From Longimicrobiales bacterium (GTDB taxonomy: Bacteria > Gemmatimonadota > Gemmatimonadetes > Longimicrobiales > Gaopeijiaceae), in assembly GCA_965202985.1 (NCBI GenBank), contig CBDBCF010000002.1, positions 384,001 to 448,000 on the forward strand: DNA of 64,000 nt, read 5' to 3'. A program made the position numbers and the translations under genes. Positions within the stretch are counted from its first letter, which is position 1; every line of letters begins with the position of its first letter. The notes under the pieces were generated by a model. That model worked only from the letters and a program-made list of their open reading frames with translations. It ran no database searches and was not told the origin of the DNA. Shown here piece by piece: positions 48,374 through 57,235 of this stretch.

Positions 48374-49498
48374 CTATCGCGACGACCTGTCTGGACGTGG
48401 TCGCTGTCTACCCTTCTCTCGAATCGCAAGGCTGCTCAGCGTCCATGCGCCGGTCGGCGGAGCATTGGACAACACGACAAGATGGTCGCGAGCGAACAGT
48501 ATCTTGCCCGGCAATGGCACATCTTGCGAAACTTTGGTCAGACTTGACAACGCATAAATGTCGGCTCGATATGACGCCTTTTGGTAGCCAAATTCGCTGG
48601 GATCCAGGTCCCGATGTTCGACGATCAGGAAATTGTTCCCCACAACCCAAAGCGACCTGACCTTCGTAAAGCTCCGAAGAAACAACTGAAATGCTCGTTC
48701 TGCACCGATAAACTCCCCGGCTCTCGGTCTCCTGGGGTGGCGAAAGGACGAAGGTGCTGTCCCAAATTCGGTAACGGAAAGGGTCGACGCGTTGTAGCGA
48801 TGCATCGGGTAGAGCATTGAAGACGCTACATAGAAGTGGTTCGGCGCAACGGCAAGGTGGTGATGGTATCCGGCTGATCCCCAGTACGCTGGAAGCTCGA
48901 GCACGTGTTGTACGTGATGGTGGAAGGCACGCACGATGCTGCCGTCGAGCGAGTACTCGAAGAATGCAGCGCCTGGGGCATGGGTATCGGTCTTCTCAAC
49001 GATTAAAACCGAATCGTGTGCATGAAGTCGTGGCGACCATATCTCTTGATCAAGTGGAAACGAGAAGTCGACGCTGTGATCCGCCATGTTCAGAACGACG
49101 ATCCGAGGTGGAAAATCGGAAACTGCAATGCGGTTGCGGTCCAGAAAGATGGCGTCGTAAGGGGATGCGTAAAGGGGTGCGTCTCTTGTTGCTGCGGGGG
49201 ATGACATGGGAATCGGAGAGCCGGACGAATCAAACAGCAAGACTGCCGGTTGGTCGCGGTCCGTGATCAAGAGGAGGCCGTCGTCCCGTATGTCCAAGTT
49301 GTCCACGGATACCAGTGACGAACTCTCGGTCTGCCGAAGAACGACTTGGCCAACGTCGACGAACTCGAATTCGGCTCGAGCAGGGAGCCCATCTAGTTCG
49401 GTGCAACCCAGAACGCTGGCGATGCCAAGGACATGTGCCACGACGACGCGGCGCCGAGTCGCGACGTGCTTGACAGCTGACTGGCCGAGTCGCCTCAT
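48374..49498 (-). CDS. Beta-propeller-type lipoprotein, hypothetical
   Basis: Lipobox VLGC, DGLLLITDRDQPAVLLFDSSG, EYSLDGSIVRAF. More AT-rich than core genes. Confidence 0.72.
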   Translation of the reverse strand: MRRLGQSAVKHVATRRRVVVAHVLGIASVLGCTELDGLPARAEFEFVDVGQVVLRQTESSSLVSVDNLDIRDDGLLLITDRDQPAVLLFDSSGSPIPMSSPAATRDAPLYASPYDAIFLDRNRIAVSDFPPRIVVLNMADHSVDFSFPLDQEIWSPRLHAHDSVLIVEKTDTHAPGAAFFEYSLDGSIVRAFHHHVQHVLELPAYWGSAGYHHHLAVAPNHFYVASSMLYPMHRYNASTLSVTEFGTAPSSFRHPRRPRAGEFIGAERAFQLFLRSFTKVRSLWVVGNNFLIVEHRDLDPSEFGYQKASYRADIYALSSLTKVSQDVPLPGKILFARDHLVVLSNAPPTGAWTLSSLAIREKGRQRPRPDRSSR

Positions 49499-49693
49499 CG
49501 GCGTTTCTGCACGACGGCTAGGATTGCGTGAGATGGACCACTCTGGAGTGATCGTCCGCGGTGGACAAGTTCAACATAGGAGGCTGTCAACGGAACGCAA
49601 GATAATTCCGGTACGGGATATGCCGAGTTGGGGAGACCGGCCCCCGAGAAGGAGAGCTCCCTCGGTACTGGGTGCCGCCCCAAGGGCCCCCCG

Positions 49694-49722
49694 TTGACCG
49701 GTGCCCTCTCGGGGGTTACCAT
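49694..49722 (+). promoter_or_regulatory. Sigma70-type promoter of a probable leaderless mRNA
   Basis: TTGACC-17 nt-TACCAT, 6 nt before ATG 49729. The duplicate at 45268-45296 (TTGACT-17-TACCAT) has the same geometry. Confidence 0.7.
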
Positions 49723-49728
49723 TCGTTC

Positions 49729-50448
49729 ATGTCCAGCTACCGCAAGCCGTCCGGTCGCCCGGCCAAGCCGGCGAGTCCCGTGGACCAGGAAGACGCGTTC
49801 GTCGCCACCACGCTCCAAGCCACGCAGTGGGCCCAGCGGAACCGGCCGATCCTGACGCTGGGGATCGTCTTGGCGGCGGTGATCGCGGCGGGAATCGTCT
49901 ACTACGTGCGCTACCAGAACACGCTGAACAGCGGGGCGGCGCTCCAGTTGGAGGAGATCCAGCAGCGGCTCGACACGGGGGACCAGACGGGGGCACAGGC
50001 CGACTTGGAGCTGTTCTTGGAGCGCTTCGACGGCACGCCGTCCGCCGACGAGGCCCGGATTGCCCTTGCCCAGATCAGCGCCGAGGCGGGGGAGCGCGAA
50101 GCGGCAGCCGAGATACTGGAGCCGCTGGCACGGGACATGGGCAGCCCGCTGGGCCCCCAGGCCGCGGGCCTTCTGGCGGCGATCTCGGAGGACACGGGCA
50201 ACCTGGAGACTGCGGAGGCGCTGTACCTGCGCCTGGCCGACCAGTCCCGCTTAGGCTTTCAGGTCAGAGACGCCCTGGCCGCGGCGGCCCGCATTCGCTG
50301 GGAATCGGGCGACGCCGCGGGCGCTATGGAGCTGTACGACCGGCTCCTGGCCCGAATGGACGAGACCGATCCGGACCGAGGCTTGGTGGAGATGCGTCGG
50401 GCCGAGGCGGAGGTGGTCGCGCTGCGGACGGTGCCGGGGGCTCCCTAA
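49729..50448 (+). CDS. YfgM-like single-pass TPR protein (TPR_21 type)
   Basis: EDAFV...WAQRNR, one TM (ILTLGIVLAAVIAAGIVYYV), then TPR helices (ERFDGTPSADEARIALA). Confidence 0.82.
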   Translation: MSSYRKPSGRPAKPASPVDQEDAFVATTLQATQWAQRNRPILTLGIVLAAVIAAGIVYYVRYQNTLNSGAALQLEEIQQRLDTGDQTGAQADLELFLERFDGTPSADEARIALAQISAEAGEREAAAEILEPLARDMGSPLGPQAAGLLAAISEDTGNLETAEALYLRLADQSRLGFQVRDALAAAARIRWESGDAAGAMELYDRLLARMDETDPDRGLVEMRRAEAEVVALRTVPGAP

Positions 50449-50467
50449 GGCGGACCCCACATCCACC

Positions 50468-51007
50468 GTGGATGCCGCAGACCGGCGGATCGCCGACTCC
50501 GCAACGACGATGTGCCGATGCACCGTCGAACTCACCGCCTGGATCGACCGCATCAAGTATCCGGTTGATGTGCGCGCGGTCGAGGAGACCGTGGAAGACC
50601 AGGCGTCGCAGGCCCTCGCCAGCGTGCTTGAAGGCTTCGAGATCGAGATCGATCGATGCGACTGCACGTTGATCACCGACCGGGATCGTCTAAGCCGCCT
50701 CTTTCGTGAACACCACGCGGCTCGGGTCGAGGCCGCGAAGACTTGGCACCGCCGTGCTCAAGGTCGCGCCGCTTCGAAGGCGGGTCGCGATTGGCCCGGC
50801 GTGTCCGCCGACACACGTCGAGCGCTCCGGGCCGAGGCCGAGAACGAACCCGAGAATCCCAAGACCGAAGGAGCGGACGCGCCTGGGGTCGACGCCGGTG
50901 ACCGACCTGGAGCCCGGGAAGGAGACCCGCGACCCGGAGCCCGGACGCTGGCGAAGATCCGGTGTGTCGTCGGCCGAACTCCGTGCCGAGGCCGAAAACG
51001 CCGTTGA
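50468..51007 (+). CDS. Orphan hypothetical protein next to dif (possibly frameshifted)
   Basis: Protein-like N-terminal half. GVS..LRAEAEN is repeated in an overlapping frame (50706-51083). Confidence 0.45.
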   Translation: MDAADRRIADSATTMCRCTVELTAWIDRIKYPVDVRAVEETVEDQASQALASVLEGFEIEIDRCDCTLITDRDRLSRLFREHHAARVEAAKTWHRRAQGRAASKAGRDWPGVSADTRRALRAEAENEPENPKTEGADAPGVDAGDRPGAREGDPRPGARTLAKIRCVVGRTPCRGRKRR

Positions 51008-51058
51008 TCTGGCGCTCGGCGGCGGCCAAGGTAATCCCTGGGCGGAGCAACGCCTTGA

Positions 51059-51086
51059 AGTTCGTATAATATGTATTATGTAAAGT
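51059..51086 (+). other. dif: dif site (XerC/XerD recombination site)
   Basis: AGTTCGTATAA-TATGTA-TTATGTAAAGT, an 11-6-11 layout with TAA/TTA inner symmetry and a XerD-type arm. AT-rich island at the point where gene orientation converges. Confidence 0.9.
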
Positions 51087-51193
51087 TGAAGGAACAGGAA
51101 TCGGGCCAGTCAGTCCACGGTTGAGTCTGGGCCCGCTGCCTCCCCTTCCTGAACGGGAAACGGCTTCCGTGGAGCGTGGCCCGTACCGCTCGG

Positions 51194-52291
51194 TCAGCGG
51201 AACAGGTCTTCGATGCGCGCGGCGAGGTCCGTGCTCATGGGCGCACCGCTGAGGTTGGCCGTCACGGCCACGATCGCGCCCGTGTCCCGGTTCACGGTGA
51301 GCACGGTTCGCCCGCCGACGGAGCCTCCGGTGTGGGAGACGATCCGCTCGCCTCGGCTGTTCACGCTCGACCGCCAGCCGATCCCGTAGCCCGTCTCGTC
51401 TCCGTTGCGCAAGCGCTGGGGCTCGAAGAGCACCTCCAGCGTGGCGGCCGACAGGAAGTCGGCGTCCAGATGGGCGGCGGCGAAGCGCAGCAGGTCTTCC
51501 GGCGTGGACAGGAACCCTCCACCCGCCCACTTGTAGCTGTTGTCCACATGGGGCGCGTTGAGGACCTGGCCTCCTTCCCCTTCCACGTAGAACCGAGTTC
51601 GGTGCGGGATGATGCTGTCCGTATGGCCGGCCACGGTATGCCGCATTTCGAGCGGGTCGAAGACGACGCGGTCCATGTACGTCAAGAAGGGCTCGCCGCT
51701 GGCCCCTTCCACGACGGCGCTGATCAGGTTCCAGCCGTAGCTGGAGTAGACGTACGCCGTGCCGGGTTCGTGTAGAAGCGAGTCGTCCCGAAAGATCGCG
51801 AGTCCCGAGAGCACGGTGGGATACCGCGCGGACGAGAAGTTCTCCATGCCCCGGTAGTGACGAACGCCGGCCAGGTGACCCGCCAGCTGCCGGGTCGTGA
51901 CCGGCCAACGCTTCTCCGGAAACGAGGGCACGTAGCGCTGCACGGGCGCGTCCAGGTCCAGCCGGCCGGCGTCCAGCAGCACGCCGAGCGCCGCGGCGGT
52001 CAGCGGCTTGGAGACGCTCCCGACGCGGAACTTGGTCAGTTGCGTCACCGACACGCCGTGGGTCAAGTCCGCGGAGCCGAAGCCTTCCGACCACAACACG
52101 CGGTCCCCCCTGCCCACGGCCGCCGACAGGCCGGGTATGGAATGCGCCTTCATGACCGAATCGAGCAGAACGCGGGCGGCGGCTTCGGGCCCGACCTGCG
52201 GCTCCCCCTGCGGGGTCGGTCGGCAGGCAAGCGGCAACAGCGAAGAGGTGGTCGCGACGCCTGCGAAGGCCAATCTGACGATGATGTTCAT
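51194..52291 (-). CDS. Serine hydrolase, beta-lactamase class C family lipoprotein
   Basis: FRVGSVSK (SxxK), YVYSSYG, SHTGG, lipobox PLAC, AGGAG RBS. Confidence 0.9.
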   Translation of the reverse strand: MNIIVRLAFAGVATTSSLLPLACRPTPQGEPQVGPEAAARVLLDSVMKAHSIPGLSAAVGRGDRVLWSEGFGSADLTHGVSVTQLTKFRVGSVSKPLTAAALGVLLDAGRLDLDAPVQRYVPSFPEKRWPVTTRQLAGHLAGVRHYRGMENFSSARYPTVLSGLAIFRDDSLLHEPGTAYVYSSYGWNLISAVVEGASGEPFLTYMDRVVFDPLEMRHTVAGHTDSIIPHRTRFYVEGEGGQVLNAPHVDNSYKWAGGGFLSTPEDLLRFAAAHLDADFLSAATLEVLFEPQRLRNGDETGYGIGWRSSVNSRGERIVSHTGGSVGGRTVLTVNRDTGAIVAVTANLSGAPMSTDLAARIEDLFR

Positions 52292-52338
52292 GGGGCTCCT
52301 TTGGGCAGTGGGGGGGCGAACCGCATTGGGTGCGTGCA

Positions 52339-52911
52339 TTAGAACGCCAAGAAGTTCTCCACGATGCGGCGGCCGCCCTCGGTGAACCACGACTCGGGGT
52401 GGAACTGAACGCCCCACACGGGATGCTCCGCGTGGCGCATGGCCTGAATCTCGCCTTCGTCGGCCGGGTCCGCGCTCCACGCGATCGGCTCGAGGCCGGG
52501 CGGCAGGTCGGGAGCAGCCACCAGGGAATGGTAGCGCGCAACCCGCATGGGCGACGAGACCCCGTCGAAGAGCGCGTCGCCCGCGTGGACCACCGAGGCC
52601 GTCTTGCCGTGGACGGCCCGGGCGGCGCGGATCGTGCGGCCGCCGTAAGCCTCGCCGATCGACTGGTGCCCCAGACAGACGCCTAAGGTCGGCACGCGAG
52701 GCCCCAACAGTCGAATCGCCTCCACGCTGATCCCGGCGTCCGCCGGAGTGCACGGTCCGGGAGACACGACGAGCCGTTCGATTCCGGCGTTGAGCAGTTC
52801 GTCGGGCGTCGCGGCGTCGTTGCGGAAGACCTGGGGATCGCCCCCCAGCGCTCCCAGCATCTGGACCAGGTTCCAGGTGAACGAGTCGTAGTTGTCGATG
52901 ACGGCAAGCAT
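52339..52911 (-). CDS. Anthranilate/aminodeoxychorismate synthase component II (TrpG/PabA)
   Basis: IDNYDSFTWNL, SPGPC, GVCLGHQ, RYHSL, GVQFHPES. Confidence 0.95.
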   Translation of the reverse strand: MLAVIDNYDSFTWNLVQMLGALGGDPQVFRNDAATPDELLNAGIERLVVSPGPCTPADAGISVEAIRLLGPRVPTLGVCLGHQSIGEAYGGRTIRAARAVHGKTASVVHAGDALFDGVSSPMRVARYHSLVAAPDLPPGLEPIAWSADPADEGEIQAMRHAEHPVWGVQFHPESWFTEGGRRIVENFLAF

Positions 52912-52938
52912 GGCTTCATGGGCGACCTGCGCCCGGCG

Positions 52939-53868
52939 TTACCCTCGGAACATGGAGCGAACGACGAATCCGACGTTCGCGGGCCGCTCCGCCAGCCGCC
53001 GAACGTACCAGGGGAACCAGTGGTCGCCGTAGCTGATCAGCACGCGGACCTTCCGGTCTTCGGACGCCAGCCGCGTCTGCTCTTCTCGGCCGATGCCGTA
53101 CAGCATCGGGTATTCGTAGGAGTGCGGATCGACGTCGTGGCTTGCCGCCCAGGCTTCGATACGACGGATCAGAGCGATGTCGTGGGTGGCGAAGCCGGCG
53201 CGCGTTCCCGCCTGGCGCGCGTCCGGGGCCAGCATCCGCGTCGCGAGGTCGAAGAACGCCTGGTCCACGACAGACTTCTCGGCAATCGCCGTCTCCGGCG
53301 GCTCGGCATAGGCGCCCTTGACGAGCCGGACCGAGGGGCCGACGGGCACCAGCGACTCCAAGTCGGCGGGCGTCCTGTGCAGGTAGGCTTGCAGGCAGAC
53401 GCCGAAGTCGTCGTGATCGGCCTGCACGGCTCGGTACAGGTCCAGCGTGGCATCCACGTAGCGGCTCTGCTCCATGTCCAGCCAGACTCGGTTGCCGAAG
53501 TCGGCGGCGGCCTTCGCCACCCGGCGCACGTTGCGTTCGGCCACGTCCAGGCCCAAGTCCAGGCCCAGGTGCGTGGGCTTGAGCGAGATCTCCGCGTCCA
53601 GTCCCCGGGCGGCGATCACGCCTGCCGCGTCTACGTAGTGGTCCGCGACGGCTTGCGCTTCGGCGGCGTTGGCCACGTTCTCTCCCAAGAAGGTGACCAA
53701 GGTGGGAATTCCGGCCCCGCGCTCCAGCGTCTCCGCCGCTTCCAGCGCTTCGTCCAACGTCTCGCCCGGCATGAACCGGCGCACGGCGCGGCGGACGAAC
53801 CCGTAGCGCGGCATCGATTCCCTGCACCACCGGTTTTCCGAGATCCAGAGCAACGCGGGTCGCAACAT
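52939..53868 (-). CDS. Monofunctional proline dehydrogenase
   Basis: RFMPGE, SLKPTHLGL, WLDME, RLVKGAY, ATHD, YVRRLAERPAN. Confidence 0.93.
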   Translation of the reverse strand: MLRPALLWISENRWCRESMPRYGFVRRAVRRFMPGETLDEALEAAETLERGAGIPTLVTFLGENVANAAEAQAVADHYVDAAGVIAARGLDAEISLKPTHLGLDLGLDVAERNVRRVAKAAADFGNRVWLDMEQSRYVDATLDLYRAVQADHDDFGVCLQAYLHRTPADLESLVPVGPSVRLVKGAYAEPPETAIAEKSVVDQAFFDLATRMLAPDARQAGTRAGFATHDIALIRRIEAWAASHDVDPHSYEYPMLYGIGREEQTRLASEDRKVRVLISYGDHWFPWYVRRLAERPANVGFVVRSMFRG

Positions 53869-53899
53869 TCCGGAAATGTCGCCCCCGGCTAGCGCGGAA

Positions 53900-54634
53900 T
53901 CAACGGGTCGCGGGGCCGCGGCCACCGTCTCGGCGACGGCCATCGTCTTGGGGGCGACTGCCGTGGTCCGGGGCGTCCTGCCGGCTCAGGCGGGCCAGCA
54001 CCCCGGTCAGCTGTTCCAGCGCGCCGTCCAGGGCCGCGTCTCTCTCGGCCCGCGTGTCGTGGCGCTCGAAGCGAAGGGGCCGGCCGAAGCGGATCCGCAC
54101 CGGAACGCGGCAGGGTCGCCGAGTCCATCGCGGCCAGGCGCCGAAGGAACCGTCCACTCCGCAGGGCACCACGGGGACTCCGGCCTTGAGGATCAGGCGG
54201 ACGGTTCCCCGGCGGAGAGGCTGAAGCGTTCCGTCCCAGCTGCGCTCGCCTTCCGGGTAGATGCCCACCACGCCGCCCGCCTCCAAGACGCGAAGGGCCG
54301 TCCGCACGGCCTGCGGGTCGATGCGGTACCGCCGGACCGGGATCGCGTTGACCCTGAGCAGGAGCCAGCGGACGAAGCGACCGGACGACGAGAACTGGCC
54401 GCTCTTGGTGAAGGAATGGACGGGCCGACCGCAGGTGCCTTGCACGAGGACCGGGTCCAGGACGCTCTGATGGTTCGCGATCAGGAAGCACGGCCCGGAT
54501 CGGGGAACGTTCTCCAGGCCGCGGACCTCGAGGCGCACCAACACGAACGAAAGCGCCTTTCCCACCCACCGCAGACAGGAGTACCAAGGCGAGGCCGATG
54601 CAGCTCCGACCGACGGACTCGGGCATGCGCTCAA
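53900..54634 (-). CDS. Lysophospholipid acyltransferase (PlsC family)
   Basis: ANHQSVLD, IYPEGERS, PVVPCGV. TTG start overlaps the upstream stop; start approximate. Confidence 0.9.
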   Translation of the reverse strand: MSACPSPSVGAASASPWYSCLRWVGKALSFVLVRLEVRGLENVPRSGPCFLIANHQSVLDPVLVQGTCGRPVHSFTKSGQFSSSGRFVRWLLLRVNAIPVRRYRIDPQAVRTALRVLEAGGVVGIYPEGERSWDGTLQPLRRGTVRLILKAGVPVVPCGVDGSFGAWPRWTRRPCRVPVRIRFGRPLRFERHDTRAERDAALDGALEQLTGVLARLSRQDAPDHGSRPQDDGRRRDGGRGPATR

Positions 54635-55266
54635 GGGCGGTCCGCCGGTCGAGGGGCCGCGGTCTCGATCCGAGGCTGGAACTCCAACACGGCGCCCCTG
54701 CCCGCCCGTCGGTAGGCGTCCCGGACCAAGGCGCGCAGCATCTCTTCCCACCGCCGGGGCGAATCGGCCGCGAACCGAAGCTGCACGAGCCGGTCGCCGG
54801 GAAGGGAGAGCTGAAGCGACGACGAAGACGCCTGGACCGCCCGAAGCTCCAAGTAGTTCCACCGCCCCGATTCGGCGGACGGCGCCTCGATGCGGACCTC
54901 GTCTCGATCCGCAGCGACCGTGCCCTGCGCTTCGGGCGCCATCGTCTCGGAGAACCCTCGCAAGGTTCCCTTGTACCAGATCGCCCGCTCCTTGTCGCGC
55001 CACGCGACGAAAACCCGCGCCGAGTGCCGGAAGTCGGCGTCGGGACGGAATGGGTCGTCGCTGAACTCGTCGTGCAACTCTATGTCTCGCAATAACTTGG
55101 ATGCCTCTACTTCATGCGTTCCATGACTCGTGCTCGACACGAACAGCCTTCCGCGACGCCGCGCGACCCGGGTTCCGCAGGAGCGGCATCGCGCCCGGTC
55201 GCCCCTTCCGTCCATGGGATGACGACCGCACGCTGGACAGCGGTAGCAGAGGTCGGTAAGCGCCAC
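54631..55266 (-). CDS. Zinc-ribbon hypothetical protein
   Basis: YRCPACG...RCRSCG followed by a beta-rich domain. Coupled to the plsC-like gene. Confidence 0.7.
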   Translation of the reverse strand: MALTDLCYRCPACGRHPMDGRGDRARCRSCGTRVARRRGRLFVSSTSHGTHEVEASKLLRDIELHDEFSDDPFRPDADFRHSARVFVAWRDKERAIWYKGTLRGFSETMAPEAQGTVAADRDEVRIEAPSAESGRWNYLELRAVQASSSSLQLSLPGDRLVQLRFAADSPRRWEEMLRALVRDAYRRAGRGAVLEFQPRIETAAPRPADRP

Positions 55267-55284
55267 TGGGCTTTCGGTGCGGCC

Positions 55285-56097
55285 TCAGAGCCTGCCGGCG
55301 AGATCGAGAAGCCGGAGCTTCCAGACGCGCCACGCCGCTTCCCAGAGGATGCGCTGGGACATCTTTGAGTCTCCGCTGACGCGCTCGGTGAAGACGAACG
55401 GCACCTCGCGAAGCTCGGCGCCCGCTCTCCAGGCCCGCAGCTTGAGTTCGATCTGAAAGCTGTAGCCGGTGGACTCGATCCGCTCCAGGTCGACCGATTC
55501 CAGCACCGCCCGCCGAAAGGCGTTGAAGCCGCCGGTCGCGTCCTTGACCGGAAGGCGCGTGATCGTTCGGGCGTACCACGACCCGAAGATGCTGATCGCC
55601 AGACGGGTCGCGGGCCAGTCCACCACGCGGACGTGGCCCCCGACGTAGCGGGAACCCACGACCACGCCCGCGTGCCGGCTGTGTTCCAGGAACACCGGAA
55701 GCATCTTCGGCGGGTGAGAGAGGTCGGCGTCCATCTCCACGAAGAGGTCGAAGGGCCGCGCCAAGCCCCATGCGAAGCCGGCCGCATACGCTTTCCCCAG
55801 TCCCAGCTTGCCCGGCCGGTGAAGGACCGACACGCGCTCGTGACGACTGGCCAGCTCGTCGGCGGCCCGGCCAGTGCCGTCGGGAGAGTTGTCGTCCACC
55901 ACCAGCACGTGGAAGGCTTCGCCCTGCTCCAAGATCGAGGGCACGAGCCGGACCAAGTTTTCCCGCTCGTTGTACGTGGGAACCACCACGAGGACCTGGG
56001 TGTCCGGCGTCGTGGCGCCGGCGCTCGCGCCGCCTCCGGCACCGGACTGCCGGGCGGGCAGCGTTCCCTTGGTCCCTGCCTTGCTGGCGCTAGCCAC
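55285..56097 (-). CDS. Polyprenol monophosphomannose synthase-like GT2
   Basis: VPTYNERENL, VDDNSPDGTG, EMDADLSH, DATGGF, GYSFQIE. Confidence 0.92.
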   Translation of the reverse strand: MASASKAGTKGTLPARQSGAGGGASAGATTPDTQVLVVVPTYNERENLVRLVPSILEQGEAFHVLVVDDNSPDGTGRAADELASRHERVSVLHRPGKLGLGKAYAAGFAWGLARPFDLFVEMDADLSHPPKMLPVFLEHSRHAGVVVGSRYVGGHVRVVDWPATRLAISIFGSWYARTITRLPVKDATGGFNAFRRAVLESVDLERIESTGYSFQIELKLRAWRAGAELREVPFVFTERVSGDSKMSQRILWEAAWRVWKLRLLDLAGRL

Positions 56098-57235
56098 TGC
56101 CCTGCCCCGTCAGGCGGCGGTACGCTTCCAGATGACGCTCCACCAGGCGGTCGTTGCTCCAGTGTCGGGCAACCCTCTGCCGGGCTGTCCGTCCGCGCTC
56201 CAGGAGAGCGGGGTCCGCGAGCAGGGCGACCACTTTGGCCGCCAGCGCCTCCGGATCGCCCGGCTCGAACAGCCCGCCCACCGCGTCGTCCACGATCTCC
56301 GGCAGGCCGCCCACGTTGGACGCGGCCACGGGCACGCCGCAGGCCATCGACTCCAGCGCCGCCACGGACGTGGCCTCCACGAGCGACGGCAGCACCGCCA
56401 AGTCGCCGGAACACAGCAGGCCGGGCATCTCGTCGTGCGGTCGGGGGCCCAGGAAGCGGATGCGCGACCCCACTCCCAGCTCTCCGGCCAAGCGTTCCAG
56501 GCGCTCGTGCTCGGGCCCGCCGCCGACGACCAGGGCGTCGATCTTGATCTCGTTCCGCGCGCCCGCGGCGACGATCGCCGGCATGGCCCGCACGAAGAAC
56601 TCGACGCCGTTCTTGGCGAAGAGTCGCCGGGGCACGACCAGGCGGCGGGCACCGGAGCCGGCGGAGGCGGGCATCGACGGCGGCACGGGCCGGAAGATGT
56701 CGGCGTCGACGCCGTTGACGAGCACTTCGGCCTCTAGGGAAGGTCCCAAACCCCGGACCGCCTGCGCCAATTCGTTGCTGGCCGCGAAGTTGTGGTCGCT
56801 GCGCCGGATCAACGCGCCCAAGGCGGAACGGGTCGTCTTGCGGGCGGCAAGGCGCAGGAAGTGCGAGGTGTGGATCGTCGCCGCCAGCGGCGTGCTGCGG
56901 CCCACGAGCGCAAGCGAGCACGGAAGGATCGACGGAAAGGCCTGGGCGTGCACCACGTCGGCGTCGGCAACGGCCTCGCGTGTGCGCTCGGTGGACCCGG
57001 CGGCGTGCGCGAACCAGCCCCACGGCGTGCGAGACGGCAGCGGCGTGCGCCATACCCGAACGCCGTCCGCCTCTTCGCGCGTCGGCAGGCCCGCGCGGGA
57101 CAAGGACGTGACGACGGTCACGACGTGGCCCCGCTCCGCCAATCCGCGGCAGAGGTAGTGGACATGGCTCTCCAGTCCGCCGACCTCGGGCGGATAGTAG
57201 ACGCAGTGGACGACGATCTTCAGGGACTGCTCCAA
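56090..57235 (-). CDS. Glycosyltransferase family 4
   Basis: YYPPEVGGLE, RRLFAKNG, PSLVEATSVAALESMACGVPV (EX7E). Confidence 0.92.
   Translation of the reverse strand: MEQSLKIVVHCVYYPPEVGGLESHVHYLCRGLAERGHVVTVVTSLSRAGLPTREEADGVRVWRTPLPSRTPWGWFAHAAGSTERTREAVADADVVHAQAFPSILPCSLALVGRSTPLAATIHTSHFLRLAARKTTRSALGALIRRSDHNFAASNELAQAVRGLGPSLEAEVLVNGVDADIFRPVPPSMPASAGSGARRLVVPRRLFAKNGVEFFVRAMPAIVAAGARNEIKIDALVVGGGPEHERLERLAGELGVGSRIRFLGPRPHDEMPGLLCSGDLAVLPSLVEATSVAALESMACGVPVAASNVGGLPEIVDDAVGGLFEPGDPEALAAKVVALLADPALLERGRTARQRVARHWSNDRLVERHLEAYRRLTGQGSG

Noticed and set aside
51065..51070. Perfect TATAAT -10 box
   Set aside because: It is part of the dif XerC arm and spacer, and no + strand gene follows.
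51194..52291. Antibiotic-resistance beta-lactamase
   Set aside because: YxS rather than YxN and an HTG motif point to a generic serine hydrolase/peptidase; resistance cannot be inferred.
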